64,000 nt of DNA from Phyllosticta citribraziliensis. Lineage: Eukaryota. The DNA is taken from the NCBI RefSeq assembly GCF_038025025.1, contig NW_027117353.1, positions 434,001 to 498,000 of the forward strand, in the 5' to 3' direction. The notes under the pieces are model-generated. The model was not told where the DNA came from. It was given only the letters and a program-made list of their open reading frames with translations, and did no database searches. Position numbers and translations under genes: made by a program. This document shows, piece after piece, positions 37,744 to 50,967 of the stretch (positions are counted from its first letter, which is position 1; the number at the start of each line of letters is the position of its first letter).

Positions 37744-39605
37744 TTAAGCGGAAGCCTTGATGATGTCGGAGGCCTTCTCCGCGACGGCGTAGAGGGTCGA
37801 GACCAGGTGACCACAGACCTGGAAGGGCAGCACACCAGCGTCGACAACGCGGACGTTCTTGGTGCCGTACACCTTGAGGTTGGTGTCAACAACACCACCC
37901 TTCTCCTTGGGTAGCATGGAAGTGGTAGCGACGGGGTGGAAGTTGGAGCGGTCTAATTTAATGTTAGCATGTGATTTGCCAGAAGCAAGAAGATACTCAC
38001 AGTTGCCCTTGACCCAGTCGGCCCACTGAGCGTCCGTAGCGTTCTTGGGAACAAGGTCGTAGCCAGGAGAAGTCTCTCCACCAAAGTACTGGTTGAGAGG
38101 AGCAGTCTGGAACAACTCGCGGACAAGCTTGGCAGTGCCGACCTGCTCAGTCGTGTCCCAGTCGAGCTGGTAGTAGTTGGGGTTGATCTTGGCAACGGAG
38201 CTGTTGGCGCTGGTGATGTGGATGTTACCACGGGAGAAGGGAAGAAGAGACCAGAACTCAGTGGTGAAAGTGTCGGCGGAGGGGGTAACAAGGACCTCAG
38301 CGAGGGGAACCTTGGCGTTGAAAATCAGGTCGTACTGAACATCAAAGGCGCTCCTGAGCAGGTCGGTAGAGACGACGTCGTTGCTGCTTTCCTGGGAAGT
38401 GGTCTGGGCGTACTGGGCGAGCTTCCTCTTGACGTCAAGGGCAACTGCAGCAGTGTTGTTCTTGAGGATGTCGTCAACGGTGGGGTAGGCGACAAAGACC
38501 GCAGTCCCATCGAAAGACTTGGTCGCGGTGCCAGTGTACTCGTTGTTCGTCTGGTCCTGTAGGTTCTCGCCAACAGCAGGCAGCTCAACCTTGACAGGAA
38601 CGCCAGCAGCCTTCAGAATCTCGGGGTTTCCGACACCAGAGAGCTCAAGGAGGACCGAAGACTTCAGAGCACCAGCAGAGAGAATGACCTCCTTGTTGGC
38701 GTGGATGGTGCGGGTCTGGCCGTTGGTCGAAACAACAACGCCAGAGGCAGTGGCCTCGCCAGCATCGTCCTCAGTCCAGACGAGCTTCTGGGCTTCGGTG
38801 TTCAAGAACACGTTGTAGTTGGTTCTGTTCTGGTAGGGGAAGTAGTAGGCACGAGCAGCATCCTCACGGACGTTGAGCTGAGTGTCGAGAGTCGAGGGGA
38901 ACACGTTGAAGCCGGTCATGTCACCACCAGCAATGTCGGCGTTAAATTGCACGCCGACATTGGTCCAAGTCTCGTTGACAAGGGAAGTGACGGTAGAGTT
39001 GACGAGCTCATTCTTCCAGCCAACCTTGAGAGGACCAGTGGTGCCGTGGAATTCGGGGTTGTAGGTGACGCCATCAGCAATCTGCTGCTCAGTGGGCTTC
39101 TCGAGGCCCTCGCTCTTCAGGTAGTACTTGAAGAGCTCGTTCCAGTTCCAACCCTTGTTGCCGACCTGCTCCCAAGCGTCGATCTGGGCGTCCTGAGCGC
39201 GGGTGTATGCCAGACCTGGGCAGTGTTAGTTGTTGCCAGTTCGTCATGCTTAACTTCCGTACCGTTGATGGTCGAGGTTCCGCCAAGAGCCTTGCCGGCG
39301 CGGAGGGTCTGCTTCTTGCCACCAGCAAAGGTCTGGTTGACAGTCTCGTAGGCCCAGTCAATCTCCGAGCCAAAGGCCAGTCCGTAGCCATTCGGGTTGG
39401 TGACGTTGACGTTGTTGTAGACTGAACCACCAGCCTCAACGACAGCCACCGAGACGTTCTTCAGCTCGGAAAGGCGGTTTGCAACGACCAGACCCGATGT
39501 ACCACCACCGACGATGATGTAGTCGAAACGCTGTTCATGGCCGTGGGGGAGGGCAAGGGCGGAAGCTGCAAGCAGCGGTGCCGCAGTGAGGAGGCGGGAG
39601 TACAT
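37744..39605 (-). CDS. Secreted GMC oxidoreductase AA3_2, FAD-dependent glucose dehydrogenase type; exons 39605-39263, 39215-38001, 37952-37744
   Basis: Signal peptide, GGGTSG, GKALGGTSTINGLAYTR, LLELSGVGN and VGENLQDQ. Catalytic His motifs YRSNFHP and CGHLVSTLYAVAE are typical of fungal FAD-GDH rather than glucose oxidase. Confidence 0.92.
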
Positions 39606-42600
39606 TGTATAAGGTGATCCGGGATCGAAGGATTGTCTTTACTGAAACCTATCCGACTGTGGCAGTTGCATCGTCCTTATATCAAGGCCACCGTCCTTGC
39701 TTTTCACCTTCGGACTTGGCCATGACACAATTGTTGCTTATGGAATCTACGAGGGAAGCTTTCCGCTGTATTTCTGGCACTGGTGCGCTTGGTAATGCTG
39801 ATCAATTTCCACAGTGATGGCGCACTGGCAGGCCTCAGAAGTCGGTTTAGGGCACCAGGGATTCTTCCGATGGGCTGATGGAGCCTGGAACTTTCGGCTC
39901 GATTCCTAACGGCCGGCTCGTGCCGAGCTGTAGCTCCTGAATGTGTGACAGACTGACAGTCACTTCGCCTATCGCTTGTGGCTGTCGGATCTCCAAGCCA
40001 CAGTCTCAGTTTCGACGACGATGATACAATTCTGGTTGCGTCTTGAGAGCTCTGTGTAGCTATACTTTGTCGTTCACCACCGCTGAAGAGGACGGGAACG
40101 GTCCGATATCGACATGGCTCAAAATGGCTCGCTTTCGGTTTGCCTCTCGAAGTTGACGACATGGCGGTGCTTGAAAATTTCTCGCAAGTGTCGGGCCGAG
40201 TGCGAAGGTTCCAGGATCTGCACCGGGCTTGCAGATGAGGCTCCACCTCTTCTTGACTTTAATTCACGGGCTTGACTTGGGTTGGTCCAATCAATGCAGC
40301 CCTACCTTCCACATTGAACACCTTCCGTGTGATTGATAAGATTGCCTCAGACCTTCCTAGACCGAGTCTGATAGACGCAGTATTTTGGAAGGTGTTGACG
40401 GCTTGCATTCAAGTTAGCGATATGCTTGCTTCAATTCCAAAGCTCCCAGCTCTTGCGCCATAGTGTGGTCAGCGCCACTGAGCTCATAGTTAGGTTTCCA
40501 AGACGTGCTGCGGATGCCTGGCCATGACGGATTCTGCACTGGGTGAAAACGAATCAAGGGTCGAGATTGGGCTTCACATCTATCTTGATCCGACTGCCAA
40601 CCTACCGATCACCACCAGAAAGGGAGTGTTCCGGACCAACAGCTGCCAGAATCATAGGACCCTGCGTCTCAAACCAGCGCTCGCTTGCGACTCGTCGCTT
40701 TTAGTCTTGGACATCCTTGGTGTTGGTCGAAGGACCTGGGCAGTTTCCAAATGGTCCCCTCGTATTTCATCATCTCGAGCCCAGCCTGGTGTATGCGAAG
40801 CGTTGCCTTGCAACGTGAAATGACCTTGGCACTACGGTAGGTATCTCCCCTTGAACACCTTCACCGACAGCCCCTGTGCATGACATGCGCAGAACAGGCG
40901 CTGTGGCTCCAGCGCGGTACTGGTGTTTGAAGCTTGGACCATTCGACTGCCTGATCGATGCTTCAAGTCGCGACTCACGCCTCGGAAGCGATGTCGCACT
41001 CCCGCAAAGCCATCTTGAGGGAAGATTTCGTTCCTGGCTCTGATGCAAACAGCGAAGATGCTCTGAATTGGGGTCGAGTCCTTGTTGGTGGAAAGGCGAT
41101 ACTCTTCACCTCTCAAGTTCAGCCGCCAATGGCGTATGTTGTTCAAGTCCTCGCATGGAAGAGGCGGCATCTGTCGCCATTTCGACCCACCTTACAAAGC
41201 TAATCTCAACATGGCAGGCGATTCAGTCATTAGGAAGCACACCACAGCACTTACAAAGCGCGCATATCTTTCGACGCTCCTTCCGAACAGGTGTTTGGCG
41301 TGTTGCTAGATGCTTGGACTGCGCCATGCTCCGAAGACGGCGCCGGCGCCCAGTCGTGGTCAGGGCGATGGCCGTTCCCGCCGCTACCTCCGCTTCCCCT
41401 GCAGTAGTACTCCTACCGCCGCTCTTAAGAATGTGGTCCCCCTGCGGACATCAGCTTGCACCAGACGCTTGAGCGCCGTTTCCTTCGCCTCCAGATAAAT
41501 CCGCTAGGTCCACATCTTATTCCGACTATGCTGGGCCATATAAACGTGATTTGTGGCAGTTTTTCAAGTGGCTACTGCCCCTGGATCGTGGTGGGCATGG
41601 GAGGAATTCAGCGCGTTGGCTCTTGGGCTTGTTCGACGCTTGGGCGGTGAACGTTGTCAGGATGGCGGGTGTCGATCTCGTATGTCTCGAAGAAATGATG
41701 AGTATCATAACCAGTCGCAAGGTAAGGCGCTAGCACGAGCGTTCCAGAAGCTGAATAAGGAAGCCTGAGGTTCGATGTTTTGCGGAAGGTCGGGTTCGGA
41801 CAATGGAAACGGACAAAATCCGCCGGAAAGCGGAGCGGGATTCGCGCCGAGGCTTACCCGGATGCGATGCTGCAACCGCGGGCGGCGCGTCGACCACAAC
41901 TCGACGTCTACCAACTTGCACAAAAACGACCTACGATCCCAGCGTCATCGAAGATTTCTTGCCTTTGATCCTCGCAACCTTCCATACTACCTCTTGCGTC
42001 TGCCACGCGTACGCAGCTTGGCCCAGCCCGCTGTCGGACCTCTGCCTCTTCCACTGACGTCTGAGCTACGCAAAACCACTGGGAACTTCCAATTCGCATG
42101 AGGGCAAGATCGGAGGATATGGAGCCATTGACAAGCTGATATTGGGAAGGACAAGGCGAACACACTCGAGCAACCGATTCCAATGTTGGAGGTTGACTAC
42201 TTCGAACAAGAGCATGCAACGTTACAAAACCGGCAGAGCTGAGCCGAGCCTACGGACCACTTGGTACATCGAAGCAGCTTCTGGATGAAAATCCTCGCGT
42301 CAACCCAAATCGCTAGCCACTTCCGTCCTCCCAATACTTTAGCACATGTTCCGGGCTATAGATTGGGATTCAAACCAACGCCGTTAGATTGTATCATGGA
42401 GATGAGAAACCCGATCCAGCTCATACTCTTCAGAAATGCCCGCCAACACGCGGCCTTTTGCTGTCAACGTCGAATGCAACGGCAAACGAAAGGCTCCAGA
42501 TGAGCTTTACAATCTGTCCAAACAGACAGCCTACACTCACCAGTTGAATTGGCTGTTGCCTTTCCTCAACATTTGACCATATTTCATTGTCTACCGGTCC

Positions 42601-45600
42601 GGCGCATACACTAGTAGTTCCATCTTCAGGGTTATACTACCACGTCAGGGCCTAAGAAAGCCCTTCGCTGATCAAGCAACGGCACTGCATCACACCGTAG
42701 CCGCCTAGCAACTTGTAAAACGCAACACAGACAACGCAAATACGACCTCATTGCCTACCTCGGCATCAATCCGTCTTTAGAGTGCACCTGATGTCAGCAC
42801 GGCACGCCGGTCATCTCGACAAGAGAGAAAGAAGACCGACACATTCTCCTAATCTGGAAGTGTCTCTTAATCTTTCGTTGGCTGTTGGCTTTGCCTGTCA
42901 CAAGCTTCAGCTGTGGCTCTACAACCTGGACCGCTCCGCGCCACCACGCTGGGCCGCTCCGCTTGCAACCGGCTCATCTCCCTACCTACCTACCTGCGTT
43001 AGATTCAACACCTGCCGTCGTTAGCGTACCATGCTGCTTGCCTTTGACAGATGAGGACATGGAAAACGCACGTGTATGGCTTACACAAAATGGACGCTTG
43101 GTGAAGGCACCATGCGCAGGCAGAAGGATAGGTAACGAGATGCAGCGGAGCGGAAGATACAATCCAAGGACGACGTGCAACAGACGGAAACGCCGACAGT
43201 CACCACAAGCGGCGAAGAATATGCAAGGCCAACGCGACGAAAAAGGAAAACAGGGACAACGCATCACTCTTCGGGAGGGATAGCATTCTCTTTACCAAGT
43301 CGATCGCACAACAGCACAGCAGTACTGCTGCAAGGCAGCGTATCATGCGAGTAGGCGGGTGCGGAACGACTCGAGAAACTCGGGACCGAGCCAGCACTTG
43401 TCCTTCCGATTACCAGCCCTCACGTGTCCGTCTGGCCCACCTGCCTACCTTTCAACTGTCCATCAGGTGATGGTGGTTCAAATCTTCCCCGGTCAGACCA
43501 ATGTCAAAACTACATATGGACGGAAAAAGGGAATGCCGTTTTTTCCTTCCGTGGCTGTTGGCTCGTGGAGGCTGCGCTTCCGTTTGGTCCGGGGCCACAT
43601 GAGCTCTTCGGCCTTTGCAGCACCCGTTACGCTCTGGCTGAAGGGCTGTCAGCAGCCCAGATGTAGGCAGGTAGATACTGGATATGTGGATGAACTAACC
43701 GTTGCGCAGCCAAACTAATCAGAGACAGGGACGATCGCGGGACAGACTTGCAGAACGGCATGGCGCATGGCATGGCAGGACACGACACAAGCACAAGCCA
43801 ATGTGCTCCAAATCCCGAATTCGATGTTCCCTCGCTCAGTCAGTCAATTAGTCCGTCGCACGCATCCATGCGCTGGAGGCAGGCAGGTAGCGTCCCCGAT
43901 CCACTTGCTTGGTAGCGGGCGTAGCTCGTGTCATCTCACCGCATCCATGTCCGCGTCTATGGGGCCAGGGTAAGCTCAAGAAGGCAAGGTAGGGCAAATA
44001 CAGGTGAGCAGGGGGCCGAAGCGAAGCCATGCCATGACATGCCAGACTGGCATCTATCTGACTGCCGCTCTTGGTACAGACTTAGCGGTGCTGGGCGATT
44101 CCTCAGGTCCGGCAACTCGCACTGTTTTGGCTGCTACGCTCTTGTTTGTCCAGATTTCACTCTGGGAGAGACCTTCTCGTTCACTCTCGATCTTCATTTC
44201 TTTTCTGTGCAGGCCCTGTGCTTTCTCGTCTTCTATTCTGTCTCCATCTCATTCTTACTCCACATGTCTCCCGCTCCAGAGATGAAAAAGAAAGGTGGCG
44301 TGGCGTCAAGTCCGCCTAATTGCATCCACCACCTACGCACCCATGCATGCATGCATGCATGCATCAGCACCCAGCTCGCAGCAACTGGTCCCACCGCTGG
44401 CGACTTCTGCTGTGTCGTAGGGCTGCATAGGCCCCCCTCTGCTCCACATCCACATCAGTCGCGTGGCTTGACTCGCACGCCCGCTTCGGGCAATTGCTCA
44501 CTATCACCGGCAGGCATCGAGGCAGAAACATACAGCTTCTCGGCAGGAGACGATGCTGATGCTGCTGTGGACCCTACTCTTCTACTATGGCGCGACGCAC
44601 GCAGCGGAATCATCCGCAGCAACGCACTGCACCGTACCTCGCGTGTCGTGAGACGAGAGCAATTTCCGACTTTTGCGCAGTGAAGCGCAGCTGAACGCTG
44701 CTATTCTGGCCGCGTTCATCTATTTCTGCGGACGGGAGGATGCGTAGATCAAGAACGAAGGATGAAGGAGAAGGGGCAGAGCAGGTGAGCGAGCGGATGA
44801 ACCGGCGGGAAGAAGATGATGCCTCGACATACACATACCTTTGCCATTGCATGGTATGCCTGCACTACAGCTTTTCCGCACGCAAGTCTCAAATTTCCGC
44901 TGGCCGACTGGGAAAGAGAAGACAAAACTTTTCTGTCTACCTGTCTGATGGCGGCATGTACCATTGCTAATGGTCGCTGATGTGCGCCTTATCTTTCGCA
45001 GGCGCGTTGCATTGGTTTGCATCATGTGTTGCTGGGCTACCTTGCCCACCTTTCACCTGACCGGAAGGACATGTCATCAGGTATCGTGGGATCGTGGTTG
45101 GGTGGTAATCGGTCTGGTATTGTGGTCCCATCCGGATGTTTCCGCCTCCGTCCAGCCAACAACGCTAGAATGAGCACCGTAGTCTCTCTCTCTAGCGTCT
45201 GCTACAAACGCTGCGCCCGCTCTCGGCCTTGCCGTCAACGACTTGGACGCTCCCAGCCAATCCGCAGCGCTGCTTACTATACGGAAACACCCCGACTGGC
45301 AGTTGGATTGATGGATGAGAGCTCTCGTCGCCGTCGCCGTCGCAACAGTCATGGACGCAATTGCAGTCATTCTGCGCAGTCAACCAGCAGCCAACCAGCC
45401 AACCAACCAAATATCCACCCACATGCCAACGACCAGACTCTGTCCGTCCGTCCGCCCGTCATGCGTTGTCATCGAGTCGCGTCAGTGTCGTGCATCCAGT
45501 GCATCCAGTGCATCCAGTCGAATCCAGTCATGAGGTAGCTAGGTGGTGCGGTGCGTCGGGCTTGGGAGCGGAGATCCGGCGGCGGCGGGGACGCCACCAC

Positions 45601-48293
45601 CATCCACCCACCTACCGCGCCCGCCCATCCATGCACGACACACGCCACATGCATACTGCCATCCAACGCATTTGCGCGCGCGCTGGTTCCCTATCGCCGA
45701 ACTTTTGTCGGTCACAGTCAAGAGCTCCAAGCTTGCTCAATCCAGTGTTCAATGGATGGTTAGAATGGGGCGAGCCGGCAGTGCAAGCAGGTGGGCAGCT
45801 ACTTTGTCAAGAAAGTACATGCTGCAGGGCTGAGTGTTCCGCATTAGGCAAGAAAAGGAAGAGGAAGCGTGGGAAGCGGTGGTGCGGGAGCGCTTGGCGG
45901 CAATAGGGCTAGACAACACGAGACAGCTGTCTAAGGTACCTGTACCGACTAGTACGGCACCCACCTGCTTGTGTAGCCTGTTGCTACTACTGCTGCTTGT
46001 CCGACTTGGCGGGTTCCTGGCCCTCTGTCAGCTTTCTTGGTGTTTGCTTGTTTTGCTTGACTGAGATGGTCCAGCGATGGTGCGGCGACTGGCCTTCGAT
46101 GACTGATTGACTGACTGACTGCGATACATAGGTCGGCAGATAGGTTCCTTCTGGCGGTGTACTGTACATACCTATCTACAAACAACACGAGATTGTATGT
46201 ACAGTACGTCAACAACAGAAGCGAATGCGCAACGAATCGCATCCCTCCACTCCACCATCCATGGGTGCCTGTAAGATGCACAAGCCATATAGCACACGAC
46301 AGACACCTCTTGCCCCATCCGGAGCGCTTGGCTGACCAACATTGGTAATGCCCTCTTTCTGACTCGTTTCCTTCGCCGGCATCCATCCATCCATCCATCC
46401 ATTCACCTCATCCATCTATCCAGCCAGCCAGCCGCAGGAGCTAGCTTCCTTGCCTACCTTTAGCGCAGCCGAGCGCCGGGCCCGACAAGCAACAAACGAC
46501 AGGGGTACCGCCACCGTACAATGTACCCTTGCCACCATATTTTTTCCCTTGTCAACCCAACCTACCTGACCAACGTTTTTTTCGGCGTCGGCTTCGGCGT
46601 CGGCTTGTTCCTAGGTATTCATCAGCAATCGCGTCAGATGGCCCGGTTCTCGCGTCCGTCGTCGGTCGACAACGTGCAGACATGGCTGCAGATGATAATG
46701 TGTAATGCAAATCGTTCGGTGATTGTGTGGGTTGGGCTGCTGGCTGGATGGAAGTACCCAGGTAGCGAGATACGGGAAGGCAAGCAGAGTGCCGATTCGA
46801 TTGCATCCATCCATCTGTCCGTCCGTCCGTCGGTGGCTGGCTGCCTGCTTCTACTGCTTCTACTCCTGCTGTGAGCGGCGGCGCAGGGCAGTAGGGCCAG
46901 CAGGCTTGATTACCCACATACACCTGATGCTGCAAGAAGAAAGAAGCAAGATCGCACAAGGCCGCAGCGAGCGAGCGAGCGAACGAATGAACTGCTCACG
47001 TACGTTGGGGGTGTTGGATCCTGTTGCTATTGCTGCTGCTCACATACTGCTCACTCATACCACTAGCCATTATGATGTGTTCTAGGCTGTGTGTGTTGAG
47101 GCCGGCTGGCCGGCCGGCTCACCGTGTCGATTGGAAAAACACACAGCACAGCACAGCGCGCAGCAGTAAGGCTGTGCTTTGCAGTAGCACCAGAATCATC
47201 CGTCCAACCAACACGTCGGACACTCGCTCGCTCACGCCCTGGAGCTCGAGCTCGAGCTCGAGCTCGTCCGACCGAGCCAACCGCGCGAGGAGCGAGCAGC
47301 GAGAGACTCCTGCGAGCTGAACCACACCCACGCGCGTGAGAAGTGCGTGCGCGCCAGGCACGGCGTCGCTCGACGCGCAGCGGGCAGTCAGTCTGTACGA
47401 GTCGCAATTTCGGACATGTATGCGACGACAACGAGAGGCTCGAAAAGCGAGGCTCGAAGCAGAGGGACAGACAGCTCGTGCAAGAAGCCAACCGAGCTCC
47501 GTTGCGCAAGAGTCGATATCCTTTCCTCCCCCACATACGCACATACAGCAAGTTCCGGCGCCCGATACGGTGAGATGCTGGCTGGCCATGCGTGGCGTTC
47601 GGCGGCGGCGAGGTGTACTGTAGGCGGAGGCGGGGGACCGGGGTGCGTGTGTACATGCCTATGCGTGCGCCTCGTATGCAGCTAGCAGCAGCATGCAGGA
47701 GAACAGTGGAAAAGAAGATGATTACGATGCTTCTACTGCTGCTTGCTGATGGAGCGATTCCGGCTGTATGCGCCGCGAACCCGTACCTGCTGGTTGGCAG
47801 ACTGGGGTGGTGGTGGGTGGGTGGCGGTGAGGTGAGGGTGTTGTTGTCGGGGTGCGGTGGTCGGCCGACGGACCTCCTCCCTAGCGAAAGGATGGTTAGA
47901 GTTAGTTGGGCGGGCGCGCGACACCAAGGCGGTGGATTCCTATTGTGCTGACGAGAAGAAAATGCGCCACACAGCAAGGAACAAGAAATTGTGGCTGCTG
48001 CGGAGGAAACAAAAAATAAGAAAGGATTATGATGCCAAAAAAAGGTCGTCTGTGTAAGTCAGAGTGCGTGAGCATGTTGCGAGACCCAAACACCGGCCGG
48101 GGTCTGACTGGCTGACGGAGACTTTTTTGTATAAGATGCCTTGACGAACCTGGAAACGGATGCAGTTTTTGTTAACGAACCATCCACCGCTTCCACTTGC
48201 TTATCCAAACGGCCTTGACAAGAAGTGCAAGAGATTTCTTCTTTGCTTACCCACTGACTTCTCCTTGGCTTCTCCACTTTTCTTCCCACCAAC

Positions 48294-49334
48294 ATGCATC
48301 AAAAGTCTCTCTCCGCGGCCGTTTTGCTCGCCTCGGCCTGTGGCAGCACGGCCTTTTCTTTCCCATCACTCAAGGGAACGTCCCTCACGCGTCGACAAGA
48401 TGTCAACTCGACGGGTGAATCTTCCTACGGCTCAGGCGATTCGTCTGACGACTCTTCCAACTCCGGCTGCCCTGCCATCTGGACCACCATCTCGAGCGAT
48501 CTGACGAGCAATTTCCTCACTGATGGCCAGTGCAACGACCTTGCCCGAGGCGCCATCCGATTCGCCTTCCACGATGCGGGCACATTTTCGCAGTCGCTCC
48601 CCTACTACCCGCCGGCAGCTGGTGGCGCAGACGGATCTCTACTCCTGAACCCCGACGAGATCAACCGGCGCGAGAATGGCGGTCTCGGCCCCTACCACGA
48701 CTGGCTGTCTGGCTTCTACCCCAAGTACTCGGACCAAGTGAGCGCGGCCGACCTCATCCAGTTTGCGGGCGCGCATGCCACCGTGACGTGCCCCGGTGGA
48801 CCAGCTATCAAGGTGCGCGTAGGACGGACGGACACGGATCAAGCACCGCCAGAGGGCCTGCTGCCTCCAGGCTTCGGACCCGGCAGCGACCACGACTCTC
48901 TGCTCAATCTGTTTGTGGACAAGGGATTCAGTGCGGCGGACCTGGCAGCCTTGATCGGCGCCCACAGCGCCAGCAGAGCCTTTGCGCAGGAGCGAAATGG
49001 CATTCCAGTTGGTGGCCCGCAGGACTCGACACCCGGCCAGCTCGACGTCAAGTACTACTCGGAGACGTACAACCCACCCCCGGGCGTGTACCGCTTTGAC
49101 TCGGACATCAACCTGTCGCAGAGGAACACCAGCGTCGGATCCGTCTTTCAAACATTTGTGGGCGCACACGGCAAGTGGGCGGCGGCGTTTGTCGACCCTG
49201 CGGCCCGCCTCAGCGTCCTCGGCATCCCGGCAGAGACCGTCGCTGGCTTCGTCGATTGCACCAGCGCCCTCCCTCAAGGCACGTCGTCCAAGCGCGACAT
49301 CCGCGCCCGCCCGATCAACGACCGCGTGAGGTAG
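48294..49334 (+). CDS. Secreted class II heme peroxidase (AA2, generic-peroxidase type), intronless
   Basis: Signal peptide, distal motif ARGAIRFAFHDAG, GADGSLLL, SAADLIQFAG, GRTD, proximal GAHS, DSTP and FDSD. Confidence 0.92.
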   Translation: MHQKSLSAAVLLASACGSTAFSFPSLKGTSLTRRQDVNSTGESSYGSGDSSDDSSNSGCPAIWTTISSDLTSNFLTDGQCNDLARGAIRFAFHDAGTFSQSLPYYPPAAGGADGSLLLNPDEINRRENGGLGPYHDWLSGFYPKYSDQVSAADLIQFAGAHATVTCPGGPAIKVRVGRTDTDQAPPEGLLPPGFGPGSDHDSLLNLFVDKGFSAADLAALIGAHSASRAFAQERNGIPVGGPQDSTPGQLDVKYYSETYNPPPGVYRFDSDINLSQRNTSVGSVFQTFVGAHGKWAAAFVDPAARLSVLGIPAETVAGFVDCTSALPQGTSSKRDIRARPINDRVR

Positions 49335-50967
49335 TCGGCAGTGCGCCACGTGACGACGGAGCGTTGTGTTGACGGGAGGTCATGTGTTGGTGTTATCGTT
49401 TCTTCTCCTTCTTGTCCTGTCCTACCTAATCAAGCATCTTCACCGGCGTGATCATTCCGGGCATACATTTCCTAGCTCTTGCGGCGTTGGCGGCGAAAAT
49501 GGTTGCGATGGGGAGCTTTTTTTTGAGGTCCAACATTTTTTGCTGCATCCGGACGTGAGCGAATAGAAAGAGAGATAGCAAAGAGGAATTCGATAGCTCT
49601 GAACGGGGTCGCATTATCGAAATTCCATCCACAATCGTACTTCATGCCGTCTCTGGTTGTATCTTTCAAATGTCAAGATGATTGAAAAGTCGCGATTGGG
49701 TGGTAGCCGTTGTCATGTTGTAGCAGCACGCGCCCAGAAAAGTCAAAGGCCGGTGCCGCGCCTGGAGCGTCATGACCGAGCCGGTTCCCGTCTGTCAAGA
49801 AATTGGCGACGGATAGCGACGACCAACCAAATGTCGCGACCTACCTATTCGGTCAGTTCGTCATGCGTCAGTCGTGAGATAGACTCTGCACGACAAGACT
49901 GCCTCGTCCACTCGTCAACGTCTTGTCGCACACCTACCGTTTTTGGATAGACTGTAAGGGCGTGGTCGGCAGACCAGTCTCAACTAAGCTGCAACGTGCC
50001 GGTCCGCCACCCTGCATAAGTTGCGTCGACGGCCATCGTCTGCCGACGCTTGCCGATGGGAAAGACATGGAAGCTCATGACCCAAAATGCCACCCCATCG
50101 TGACAGGAGATCCTCTTGTTTAGTAGCCGTTTCTTAAAGGTGTGGCGCAATTTGGCACAAAGTCGAAGCCTTGTGTTTCAGTTTCGGGCCAACCTTATCC
50201 CCACGCTTATGCACGACACGCCATGCGCATACGTCAAATTTCCCACTTAGCGCGCGAATCTGTTGAGCAGTTTGTGGCAAAACCGTGCCTCGACCGGATG
50301 AAAGCGGAGAGGCGTTTCTTTTGCATGCGATTGGGAAGCTGAAGGAGTTTAAGGAGGCCGTCGTCGCAAATGAAACAGTGCGTGAGGGCTGTTGCCAGGG
50401 ATGGCTGGGATAACTGCATCGGTAGTCGCTCCATCAACTGGAGCTGCGTATTTTGACTTCCAGGAACGCTTCGAAAATAGCTGACTTTGCGCCAACCAAA
50501 GCAGGGCCGAAGGTATTCAGCGTCGTCGCTTACAGCACTGGGCGGCCTTGATAGCCTGTGGGTTCAGGGACGCCGTGTAGAGATGAATACGGCAGAAATA
50601 AGGTTTTTGTCGCGGCTTGGTATCGCCGGGTTCATGGCCCTAGCCTATAGAAGCTGGGGTTTCGAAGTAGGGTGCCATTGGTCATGGTTGCTCCTACGCG
50701 GCCATGACACCAAAACCGGGATGACGTTCATGACTCGACAACCAAAGGGTCGCGCCATTCCAGGTCACTGAGACAAGTGGCCAAGATGGCTATTAAAGTA
50801 GAGCGCGCCTTGGAGGACGTGAGTGGTTGGGTGTACGCACCTGAGCAGACGAGGACATATATCAGGTGCTGCGCGTCCCTCTTTGACCATCCATTCCTTG
50901 CCTCCTTTTTGTTGAGAAGACCACCCATCATTCCTCGGCCTCCAGTGTCGACCTCAGACACCACACC

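Noticed and set aside
47063..47977. 304-aa minus-strand ORF
   Set aside because: Runs through microsatellites, with no codon bias or motifs.
48294..49334. Ligninolytic MnP/LiP assignment for the peroxidase
   Set aside because: The acidic Mn-binding residues before the distal Arg are not evident and no exposed catalytic Trp is seen near the proximal His; treated as a generic peroxidase.
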